Shown piece by piece: positions 26,279 through 34,373 of a DNA stretch of 51,972 bases. Numbering within the stretch: the stretch's first letter is position 1; each line of letters begins with the position of its first letter. This DNA is from Candidatus Saccharimonadia bacterium. Lineage in GTDB: Bacteria; Patescibacteriota; Saccharimonadia; Saccharimonadales; UBA4665. A program made the position numbers and the translations under genes. The stretch lies in contig JBGPNM010000001.1 of the NCBI GenBank assembly GCA_041487535.1, positions 1 through 51,972 of the forward strand, read 5' to 3'. The notes under the pieces were generated by a model that was not told the origin of the DNA, made no database searches, and saw nothing but the letters and a program-made list of their open reading frames with translations.

Positions 26279-26392
26279 AACCAGACACCACCCTTGTCGG
26301 AATTTTACCTCCGACCGGACGCTACCTCGGTTCGAAAACCTTGTTTCCAAGTATTGATTAAATGATTACGATTGCTGTACAATGTAATCATT

Positions 26393-26674
26393 ATGAGCAA
26401 CGCATTACTAAGTGTCAGAACTGACGACGAAACCAAACAGCAGATAACAGATTTTGCCGCTTCTGTCGGTTTGTCTGTAAGTGCTTTTGTTACTGTGGTA
26501 CTCAAGCAAGCAGTACGTGAAGGTCGTGTTGTTCTAGCACCTACGCTTGAACCAACGCCCTACCTAGAAAAGATTATGCGTAAAGCTGAGGCAGACCTAA
26601 AAATAGGTCGCAATATTAGTCCACCCCTGAATCGCGAGGAAGCACGAAAGCATCTTCGTTCCCTGATGAAATAG
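26393..26674 (+). CDS. RelB/DinJ-family antitoxin (ribbon-helix-helix)
   Basis: MSNALLSVRTDDETKQQITDFAASVGLSVSAFV.. is typical of the DinJ/RelB N-terminus. It lies 6 nt upstream of a RelE-like toxin gene. Confidence 0.75.
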   Translation: MSNALLSVRTDDETKQQITDFAASVGLSVSAFVTVVLKQAVREGRVVLAPTLEPTPYLEKIMRKAEADLKIGRNISPPLNREEARKHLRSLMK

Positions 26675-26680
26675 GCTGTT

Positions 26681-26944
26681 ATGCTGGTTCGCTTTAATAC
26701 CGACTTTGACAGGCAATTTAAGGAGCGACTGACTAATAGACAGAAAATCCAGGTACTTGATGCGATTGATCTATTTATTGATAAACCTCTGCATGAAGAT
26801 CTTCGTAGCCACGCACTCAAAGGTGAGTGGCTAGGCTATCGCTCAATAAGTATAGGGGGTGATTTGCGGCTACACTTCAAAATGATAGACGATACAACTG
26901 CTTATTTCGTTGCTGTTGGTAATCATAACCAACTGTATAAATAG
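26681..26944 (+). CDS. RelE/YafQ-family mRNA interferase toxin
   Basis: ..LRSHALKGEWLGYRSISIGGDLRLHFKMIDDTTAYFVAVGNHNQLY matches the RelE/StbE/YafQ C-terminal pattern. 87 aa. Confidence 0.75.
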   Translation: MLVRFNTDFDRQFKERLTNRQKIQVLDAIDLFIDKPLHEDLRSHALKGEWLGYRSISIGGDLRLHFKMIDDTTAYFVAVGNHNQLYK

Positions 26945-27047
26945 TTCGGAAGTCCGACTCGACATCCCGCCAGAATTTTTATGTTTATGCCTGATGTAAT
27001 ATTACTTTTGTGGTATTATTTTCTATAAAGTCAAATAATAAAAAATA

Positions 27048-27668
27048 ATGAAAAAACGCAGCGAGCAATACGATCTTATTATTATCCCCGGTCTCAAACT
27101 AGGTTTACATTGGGGCATGCGGAAAGACCTCTGTAGCCGTTTGCGCGTGGCAGCTGAGTTTTATCAGGAAAATCCAGGCTTACATATTGCCGTCTGCGGC
27201 TGCTGGAGTATCTGGTTTGATTGGCTGGGCATACACCCACCTGTAACAGAATGTAAAAGGATGAAAACTAATCTGATTAGACATGGCGTGGAGAGGGAAG
27301 ATATAGTTATGGAATCTCACTCTAAAGATACGCCTGGTAACGTTTATTATCTCAAGCGCTATCTGTGCACGTAGCCGCGATATAAGAAGCTTCTGGTCGT
27401 CTGTGCGGAGCAGCACGAAAAACGGCTCAGGTTCTTGTTTTATAAATTCTTTGGCAGCGATTACAAAATTAGCTATTTGCCAGTTGCAGCGCCTAGGTTC
27501 AATAAGAACGGTACCGCCAATGAAGCTGTCTGTTTAAGGGAGCAAAAGGTATTACTAGCAAACGTCCGGCCTGGTCATGAAGAAGATTTTAAGCATGAGC
27601 TATACAACGGCGCATATTATACGCATCAGGCCGTAGCTGTCCGGGGCGCTATATCAACAGCGAAATAG
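27048..27668 (+). pseudogene. DUF218/YdcF-like gene interrupted by one in-frame TAG
   Basis: ORFs 27048-27374 and 27435-27668 are in the same frame with no other stop between them. The TAG at 27372-27374 splits ..SHSKDTPGNVYYLKRYL | ..KKLLVVCAEQHEKRLRFLF, which together form the DUF218 core pattern (s.nT.eNa ... lVTs..H..Ra). Confidence 0.7.
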
Positions 27669-27925
27669 TTCCACACTTCTAAAGTCGCAGCCCCTCAATG
27701 AAAAAGACCTATGCCCAGGGTATGAGTATTTTTCATTGCCAGAGCACCAGAAATTTGAACCAGCGAAGAATAAAGCTCAGCGAATAGCCGGTTCGCAAGG
27801 AGCGAAGCGCGCAAATCTGATTTCGGGCACAAGGGTGACTAGATAGATATTTAAGTCCAACATGGCTTGCCACGTCTGTATAAAGATTCCCTTTGACTTT
27901 AAGACATTTGTGCTAATATGCTCAA

Positions 27926-28519
27926 GTGCCTTATACATATGTTGCATCGCTGGAGCAGAGATCGGCGCGGCTTCCTAAGCCGCAGCCGAGCCATTTGATG
28001 TATTTTTATCCCCTTGATGAGGAGCTTGTCGTTTCGTTACTCGAATATATTGTCACTGGTTTGGCTCAGCGAGACACCTGCGTCGTCATGGCCAGGCCCC
28101 AGACGCTGATTAACCTGAACAAAAAGCTACGCGCCGTAGGTGTTAATGTCGATTCTGTGCTGCATACCGGCGAGTATATTACATTCGACGCCGAAGAATT
28201 GCTTGCGAGGTTTATGTGCCGCGGTATGCCGAACTGCCGGGAATTTCTAAAGGAAGTCGGCGGGGTTATGTCATCCGCGACTGGCAGGGGGAGGCCGGTT
28301 AGAGCTTTTGGAGATATGGAAGCTCTGCTGCTAGACCAACAGAATATAGCGGGACTGGTAAGCCTAGAGAGGTGCTGGAACGATCTTATGAAGGTTCACG
28401 CTTTTTCACTCTATTGTGCTTATCCGGAAGCTGCTTTCCAACCAGACTCCAAACACAATGCAGTATTCCAGGATGTCTGTGATTGTCATACCGAAGCAGT
28501 CGGTGGTGCTACGGGGTAG
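27926..28519 (+). CDS. MEDS-domain protein (DcmR-like sensory domain), stand-alone
   Basis: HLMYFYPLDEELVVSLLEYIVTGLAQRDTCVVMA...GEYITFDAEELLARFM..GMP fits the MEDS pattern as I recall it (H.v.fY.dde.l......fi..gl..ge..i.i). GTG start. Confidence 0.6.
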   Translation: MPYTYVASLEQRSARLPKPQPSHLMYFYPLDEELVVSLLEYIVTGLAQRDTCVVMARPQTLINLNKKLRAVGVNVDSVLHTGEYITFDAEELLARFMCRGMPNCREFLKEVGGVMSSATGRGRPVRAFGDMEALLLDQQNIAGLVSLERCWNDLMKVHAFSLYCAYPEAAFQPDSKHNAVFQDVCDCHTEAVGGATG

Positions 28520-28707
28520 CCTCTTCGCAACAAACCGGCCAATAACCACTAAAACTACTCAGGATCAGAGAGATGTTATGCATGAGTTGTTCGATGCGGC
28601 TATGTTGTTCTCTTATGATTTTCAGCATCGCTAAGTTGAATAAATAAAGTATCCAGTTGGAGCAACGGAGGAAATGTCTGCTATAATATAACTCGTTTTA
28701 GGACTTC

Positions 28708-28784
28708 GCCACCTTAGCTCAGCTGGCTAGAGCACCGCTTTCGTAAAGCGGGGGTCTGGGGTTCGAATCCCCAAGGTGGCTCCA
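28708..28784 (+). tRNA. tRNA-Thr (anticodon CGT)
   Basis: The acceptor is GCCACCT/AGGTGGC, the D-arm is GCTC..GAGC, the anticodon arm is CCGCT-TTCGTAA-AGCGG, and the T-arm is TGGGG-TTCGAAT-CCCCA. The discriminator is T and CCA is encoded. Confidence 0.93.
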
Positions 28785-29038
28785 CGTCGGAATACCTTCC
28801 GACCCCAATCCCTTTGCCGAAAATAAATATTTCCGGCAAAGGGCTAAAGGGTCTCCAGGATTCCTCCTTACGCTCGCCGCCGCTGCACTAGGCGGCTCGC
28901 GGTTAGCTGCAGCTGAGCCAAAACTTTAAATCAGGGAGCGAAGTCGACCGTTTGAAGTTTTGAGAGGAGAAGCGTGGTATGAGGCCGAAGCTTTTGCCGC
29001 TTGTCAGGAAAACGAGACATAGGCGTACGTGACGACGA

Positions 29039-29113
29039 GCGGGTGTCGTATAACGGCTATTATGCAGCCTTCCCAAGGCTGAGACGCGGGTTCGACTCCC
29101 GCCACCCGCACCA
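29039..29113 (+). tRNA. tRNA-Gly (anticodon CCC)
   Basis: The acceptor is GCGGGTG/CACCCGC, the anticodon arm is CAGCC-TTCCCAA-GGCTG, and the T-arm is GCGGG-TTCGACT-CCCGC. The discriminator is A and CCA is encoded. Confidence 0.88.
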
Positions 29114-29207
29114 CATTTCACATGCCACACACCCGATCAGTTTACTCGGCTATCGGAATAAACCAGTAGAATCGCGCCGCGCGAAGCTATACAATAATAA
29201 CTAAGCT

Positions 29208-29561
29208 ATGGTTGTCCCTAAACAATACTTGCATGATCGTCTGGTCTTGCTGCTCGCAAGCGTAAACGTATTCTTAACGCTGTTGCTGGCGCTACTTACG
29301 CTACTTAGGCTGGACACAAGTCACAGCAGTTATATTGTCCAGTATCGTTCTAGTGCTGCGATTAATGCCTTTAAAAGCGGTAGCAGCACCGAGCTATTTA
29401 GTTTTATCATCTTCGGTCTGATGGTGCTGGCAATTCATACAACTATCAGCCTGCGCGTGTATCGTATCCATCGCCAGCTCGCCGTAACTGTGCTGGGGCT
29501 AGGCACGTTACTGCTTGTACTCGCCATAATTGTAAGTAATGCCTTGCTTGTCCTTCGATGA
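29208..29561 (+). CDS. Small 3-TM membrane protein, translationally coupled to the GT2 synthase
   Basis: 117 aa with three hydrophobic helices. Its stop overlaps the next start (ATGA). Confidence 0.6.
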   Translation: MVVPKQYLHDRLVLLLASVNVFLTLLLALLTLLRLDTSHSSYIVQYRSSAAINAFKSGSSTELFSFIIFGLMVLAIHTTISLRVYRIHRQLAVTVLGLGTLLLVLAIIVSNALLVLR

Positions 29562-31189
29562 TTGATATTGAGATTCCAGACAAAACCGAACGTCGAGGGC
29601 ACTATAGACTGTTCGAAATTCTGCCCCTCGCCCTCAGTGTGTCGGCTATCCTTCTGCTGTTTATACTGAGCCTCTTAAATGTTACTTTGGCTGCCTTCTT
29701 CGTACTGTTCTACCTGTTCGTTTACTTGTCGCGGGCTATTGGCGTTGCGATCCGTTCGCTGCATGGCTACGCGGCAATGCGTAAAAACCAAAAGCTCAAT
29801 TGGCTGAACCTTGTAGACGACCTTGAAGCGGGCAAGGTAGACGCATCTGTTGCAGGCCGCCCGGATTGGCACCGGCGGCAGGTGGCGGTGCACGGCGGTG
29901 AGCATTTACGTATAAAGCCGAGTGAACTGCTGCACGCTATTATCATTCCCACGTACAACGAAAGCCGCGAAGTGCTAGAGCCTACGATCCAGTCTGTGCT
30001 CACTTCAAATTATCCAATGAAACAAGTTATCTTAATACTTGCTTACGAAGAGCGTGGCGGCGACAATATTGCCCGCTTGGCACACGAACTGATCGATACG
30101 TATAAGGATAATTTCTTCTACGCGTTTGCCATACGGCACCCAAAGGACATCAAGGGCGAACTTATAGGCAAGGGCGGTAACGCCACCTATGCTGGCCGTG
30201 AGTTGCAGAAGTACCTGGAACGGGAGCGGATCGATCCGTTGCGTGTGGTAGTTACCACGCTGGATGCAGACAACCGACCCGATAAAGAGTATCTGGCCTG
30301 CTTGAGCTATACGTACGTGCTTTGCCCCGATCCCGTGCGCGCGGCTTTTCAGCCTGTAGCGATGTATACGAACAATATATGGGACGCGCCTGCGCCGATG
30401 CGTGTACTCGCTACCGGCAATTCTATTTACAATATTGTCCTGTCTATGCGTCCGCATACGATGCGCAACTTTTCCTCACACGCCCAAGGTATGGCATCGC
30501 TGATCGAGACTAACTTTTGGAGCGTCCGCACAATCGTGGAAGACGGACACCAGTTCTGGCGTTCATACTTCCGGTTTGACGGAGACTATATTGTATATCC
30601 GCTCCATGTGCCCATTTACCAAGATGCAGTCTTGACTGATTCCTACCGTAAGACTCTAAAAGCACAGTTCGTGCAGCTGAGACGCTGGACGTACGGCGCT
30701 TCTGACATTGCCTACGTGGTACATATGGGTTTCTTTCGGAAGAACAAGGTGCCTCGGTCTGATCTGATCGCCAAAACGTTCCGCCTGACTGAAGCACACG
30801 TATCATGGGCGGCTGCACCCATCCTGACTCTTATAGGCGGGTTTATACCGAGTTTGTTCCATCCTCACAGCCTGGCGGCCAACCAATTACCGTTGATCGT
30901 AAGCCGCATCCAGACGTTCGCGTTGGTTCTTAGCGTGGTAATGATTTTTCTGTGTCTAAAAACCTTACCGCCAAAACCGGAGCGGTATAAGCGCCATCGT
31001 ACGCTTTTCATGATAACGCAGTGGGCATACCTGCCGGTGACGACTATTCTATACAACTCGTTCGCTGCTTTTTATTCGCAATGGCGCTTAGCCTTTGGCT
31101 GGTATATGGATAAGTTCGATGTGACCGAAAAAGCGGTCGTCGGTGCGTCAGATAAGGGCGCAGTCGCTGCCGGTACTTACAAGGGATGA
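29558..31189 (+). CDS. Integral-membrane family-2 glycosyltransferase (processive beta-glycan synthase-like)
   Basis: N-terminal TMs, IIIPTYNESREVL, TLDADN (DxD), the QLRRW (QxxRW) motif and a C-terminal TM bundle. 543 aa. Confidence 0.8.
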   Translation: MIDIEIPDKTERRGHYRLFEILPLALSVSAILLLFILSLLNVTLAAFFVLFYLFVYLSRAIGVAIRSLHGYAAMRKNQKLNWLNLVDDLEAGKVDASVAGRPDWHRRQVAVHGGEHLRIKPSELLHAIIIPTYNESREVLEPTIQSVLTSNYPMKQVILILAYEERGGDNIARLAHELIDTYKDNFFYAFAIRHPKDIKGELIGKGGNATYAGRELQKYLERERIDPLRVVVTTLDADNRPDKEYLACLSYTYVLCPDPVRAAFQPVAMYTNNIWDAPAPMRVLATGNSIYNIVLSMRPHTMRNFSSHAQGMASLIETNFWSVRTIVEDGHQFWRSYFRFDGDYIVYPLHVPIYQDAVLTDSYRKTLKAQFVQLRRWTYGASDIAYVVHMGFFRKNKVPRSDLIAKTFRLTEAHVSWAAAPILTLIGGFIPSLFHPHSLAANQLPLIVSRIQTFALVLSVVMIFLCLKTLPPKPERYKRHRTLFMITQWAYLPVTTILYNSFAAFYSQWRLAFGWYMDKFDVTEKAVVGASDKGAVAAGTYKG

Positions 31190-31584
31190 AATGCTAGGTA
31201 GTGCACCTGCGCGACTGCGTCGAAACGCTTAAGAACTTCGCTTGTTACTCCTACGATGTCTGTTCGCTGAATAACACCCCGTGATACATATGCAGGGAGT
31301 AGTTTACCAAGAACTGTGTCGGCAAGGGCGGTGGCGTCTGAAATGGCGGTTTTACGGTGACGGCAGGCATCGTAAATGCTCAGGAAGAGCATATCGCGCT
31401 CGAATGCAATAATGTGCGACAAGCCATAACAAACCATTAGCGAGCGTTCATACACGCTGCGTTCTACCGAGCTAAATACGGCGCTGCAGACAAGACATCG
31501 CCGTCGTCGCCACACGCTGTTCGACTTCTTCTGCAGACGGGAGTTAGTAACCTGCGTCCCGCCGCAGCAGTATATACATACCAT
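31177..31584 (-). CDS. nrdR: Transcriptional repressor NrdR (zinc ribbon plus ATP-cone)
   Basis: MVCIYCCGGTQVTNSR....WRRRRCLVCSAVFSSVE (CxxC..RRRR.CxxC), then an ATP-cone-like region ending ..VAQVHYLAFH. Confidence 0.85.
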   Translation of the reverse strand: MVCIYCCGGTQVTNSRLQKKSNSVWRRRRCLVCSAVFSSVERSVYERSLMVCYGLSHIIAFERDMLFLSIYDACRHRKTAISDATALADTVLGKLLPAYVSRGVIQRTDIVGVTSEVLKRFDAVAQVHYLAFHPL

Positions 31585-31981
31585 GTCTACATATTGTCAT
31601 GACGCTATTAAAAAAGCTAGTGGATAAGCTGCGTAAGACTGCGGAAAAACGCAATCTACCCCGCACATCCTTAACGGACGACGGGGTAGATTAACGAATT
31701 TTGATCTAGGCTTTGCCGGCCCGGGGCCGTTTTATCTTCCTGCTGTTTCTTCGGGTAGAAAATATTAGCTCTTCGTAGAACAATTGAAAACCATCAAGAG
31801 CACTATTGCTAGTGGTACTCACCAACACTCCCTGATTAACGAATCCTATCATACGCTTTTGGCGTAGCTTTGTCAATTTGCGGCAGTCATTTGAAGGGTT
31901 GTATGACAGAGGTAGTCGGCAACGCTCCCCTTGTTTTTAGGCACTAAATCAGCTATATTTTATATGTTCCGCCAGAGAAAA

Positions 31982-32058
31982 GGGTGATTAGCTCAGTTGG
32001 CTAGAGCGCGTTCTTGACGTGAACGAGGTCGGGGGTTCGAGCCCCTCATCACCCACCA
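31982..32058 (+). tRNA. tRNA-Val (anticodon GAC)
   Basis: The acceptor is GGGTGAT/ATCACCC, the anticodon arm is CGTTC-TTGACGT-GAACG, and the T-arm is GGGGG-TTCGAGC-CCCCT. CCA is encoded. Confidence 0.92.
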
Positions 32059-32068
32059 TGCGCTAAGC

Positions 32069-32092
32069 AGCCGCGATGAGCGGCTTTTTTTG
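32069..32092 (+). terminator. Rho-independent terminator after tRNA-Val
   Basis: AGCCGC-gatga-GCGGCT followed by TTTTTTTG. Confidence 0.75.
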
Positions 32093-32249
32093 TTTCTCCC
32101 GGAGTGTGAATAGAAGATATCATGTATGGTGTCAGCGTATTTATCTGTCCACAGTTAAGATGTGATAAGGACAACATAATAATACTAGCCATATCGTACC
32201 AACTGTATTATATTAGTGTTAGGTGAAGTTTTGCGATGTGTTACAATCA

Positions 32250-32475
32250 CGTTCAGGCGATGAAGCGGACATACCAACCGCTGAGCCACGTCGGCAGCTA
32301 TACGTACGATAACGTGATAGCATAAGTGTCTTGTAAGCATCCTAAAAGATACATGCAAGGAAGTCCGGTGGAACCGCCCATTTTGCGACACTAGAATAAA
32401 ACGCATAACTGGGTCCGAGACGCGTAAGATTACATGCCATACGAGAGTATGTAATCAGACGCGTCTTTTTGTTTA
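32250..32475 (+). promoter_or_regulatory. T-box riboswitch leader of thrS
   Basis: Extended -10 TGTTACAAT (32239-32247). A K-turn-like hairpin GGC-GATGAA-GCGG..CCGC-TGA-GCC. The T-box core GGTGGAACCGC (32367-32377) compared with the canonical GGUGGNACCGCG. A terminator at 32417-32467 (two stacked 8-9 bp stems) plus a U-tract. thrS starts at 32501. Confidence 0.7.
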
Positions 32476-32500
32476 CTGTAAATCTTAAGAAGGAGAACAT

Positions 32501-34354
32501 ATGACTGACAACAACGACGAGCTGCACGTAATGCGGCACAGCTTGGCGCATATTATGGCAACTGCAATCCAGCACCTGTGGCCGCACGCTAAATTTGGCG
32601 TGGGGCCAGTGGTAGAAAATGGCTTTTACTACGACTTAGACTTGGGCGACACCAAGATTTCGGATGAAGATTTCCCAAAGATCGAAGCCGAAATGAAAAA
32701 AGTTATAAAGTCGGACGCATCGTTCGAGCGCTTTGAAAACCCAATCGACGAGGCAATCGCCTGGGCGAAAGAAGGCGGACAACCGTACAAAGTAGAGCTT
32801 CTCAACGATCTAAAACGCACCGGTACGACAGCCGCAAAGGATTTGGATACAGATGAGCTAGGCTTGCAAACGGATGGCGAGAGCAAGGTCGCAGTTGTGT
32901 CATTTTACAAAGATGCCGATTTTACTGATTTATGCCGCGGCCCACATATAGCGAGTACGGGCAAGGCGGGCGCCTTTAAACTGCAGCGTGTTTCGGGCGC
33001 CTACTGGCGCGGTAAGGATACAAATCCGCAAATGCAACGGATATACGGCGTGGCGTTCGAAACCGAAGAAGAACTAAAACAACACCTTGCAATGCTTGAA
33101 GAGGCCAAGAAGCGTGATCATCGCGTACTGGGAGAACGGCTCCAGCTATTCTTTATCTCCGAAAGTGTTGGTGCTGGCTTGCCGCTGCTCATGCCGCGCG
33201 GTGAGCGGGTTAAAAAGACGCTGATGGACTATATGCGCGACAAAGAAGAAGCGCGCGGCTATCAATATGTTGCGACGCCAGTATTGGCCCAGTCTAAGCT
33301 CTACGAGCGTTCAGGTCATGCAAGTTACTATCTTGAAAACATGTACGGCACAAAACCAGACGAGGAGGGCAACGTCTTTTACATCAAGCCCATGAACTGT
33401 CCTCACCACCATATGATTTTCGAAAAGATGGTGCAGAGCTACCGAGATCTACCACTGCGCTTAAGTGAGCACGCCGGGCTGTATCGTTATGAATTGTCCG
33501 GCACATTAACAGGACTGATCCGCATGCGCGGCCCGATTACCCAGAATGATTCCCACATTTATGTGACCGAAGAGCAGGTCGAAGCGGAATTTACGAACGT
33601 ACTCCAGCTCTTTGAAGAGGTGTACCTAGAAACTGGTGTGAAAAACTATTGGTTCCGCCTGTCTCTGCCTGATTTCTCAAAGGAAAAGTACGCCGGCAAA
33701 AAAGAGCGCTGGGAATGGGCGGCGGACATTATCCGCAGGTGCCTGTCGACTACGAAAGCCCATTATGTCGAGGAATTGGACGAAGCTGCTTTTTATGGGC
33801 CGAAGGTAGATATCCAGACTCGGAACGTACTTGGCAAGGAAGATAGTATAGCAACGGTTCAGCTTGATATTGTAGTACCGGAACGCATGAACCTGACGTA
33901 CATTAACGGCGATGGTGATAAGAAATATCCGCTGGTCATCCACAAATCCATCATGGGGGCCTTTGAGCGGTTTATGGCGTATTTACTCGAGCAAACAGCC
34001 GGCAATCTGCCGGTATGGCTGGCTCCCGAGCAGGTGCGGGTTATAACGGTCAATCAAGAAAAGGTTACCGCGGATTTTGCGTCAGCAATGGTGAAGCAGG
34101 CAGTCGAGCTCGGCGTCCGCATACATGTCGATGATTCCAACGAATCAGTCGGCAAGAAAATACGTGCCGCAGAGATGATGAAAGTGCCGTATGCTATCGT
34201 TGTTGGTGAGAAGGAAGTTGAAAGTGGTGAGCTTATGCCGCGGATCCGGAAGGACATGGAAGTTAGTGCCCAACATACGCCAAAGACAGTTGAAGAATTT
34301 CTCAAAACCGTCGCACATGAGTCGAAATCACGTGTCAGCAAATCGTCGCTCTAA
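32501..34354 (+). CDS. thrS: Threonyl-tRNA synthetase (no N-terminal TGS domain)
   Basis: It starts directly at the editing-domain motif RHSLAHIMA..LWP. It also has class II motifs (FYIKPMNCPHHH, LIRMRGPITQNDSHIY, AFYGPKVD) and an anticodon-binding domain. Confidence 0.96.
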   Translation: MTDNNDELHVMRHSLAHIMATAIQHLWPHAKFGVGPVVENGFYYDLDLGDTKISDEDFPKIEAEMKKVIKSDASFERFENPIDEAIAWAKEGGQPYKVELLNDLKRTGTTAAKDLDTDELGLQTDGESKVAVVSFYKDADFTDLCRGPHIASTGKAGAFKLQRVSGAYWRGKDTNPQMQRIYGVAFETEEELKQHLAMLEEAKKRDHRVLGERLQLFFISESVGAGLPLLMPRGERVKKTLMDYMRDKEEARGYQYVATPVLAQSKLYERSGHASYYLENMYGTKPDEEGNVFYIKPMNCPHHHMIFEKMVQSYRDLPLRLSEHAGLYRYELSGTLTGLIRMRGPITQNDSHIYVTEEQVEAEFTNVLQLFEEVYLETGVKNYWFRLSLPDFSKEKYAGKKERWEWAADIIRRCLSTTKAHYVEELDEAAFYGPKVDIQTRNVLGKEDSIATVQLDIVVPERMNLTYINGDGDKKYPLVIHKSIMGAFERFMAYLLEQTAGNLPVWLAPEQVRVITVNQEKVTADFASAMVKQAVELGVRIHVDDSNESVGKKIRAAEMMKVPYAIVVGEKEVESGELMPRIRKDMEVSAQHTPKTVEEFLKTVAHESKSRVSKSSL

Positions 34355-34373
34355 TCTGTTACAATAAGTCGCG

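Noticed and set aside
26092-26361. ORFs spanning tRNA genes: 26092-26361 (+), 26106-26291 (-), 28903-29130 (-) and 29001-29204 (+). ORF 51689-51877 (-) inside the 16S is also included.
   Set aside because: They overlap well-folding tRNA or rRNA genes and have no coding features.
31599-31694. A 31-aa ORF (MTLLKKLVDKLRKTAEKRNLPRTSLTDDGVD) upstream of nrdR on the opposite strand.
   Set aside because: It has no SD, and the ATG overlaps the nrdR start region. Its 3' half is the 11-bp hairpin, which is more simply explained as an RNA or DNA structure.
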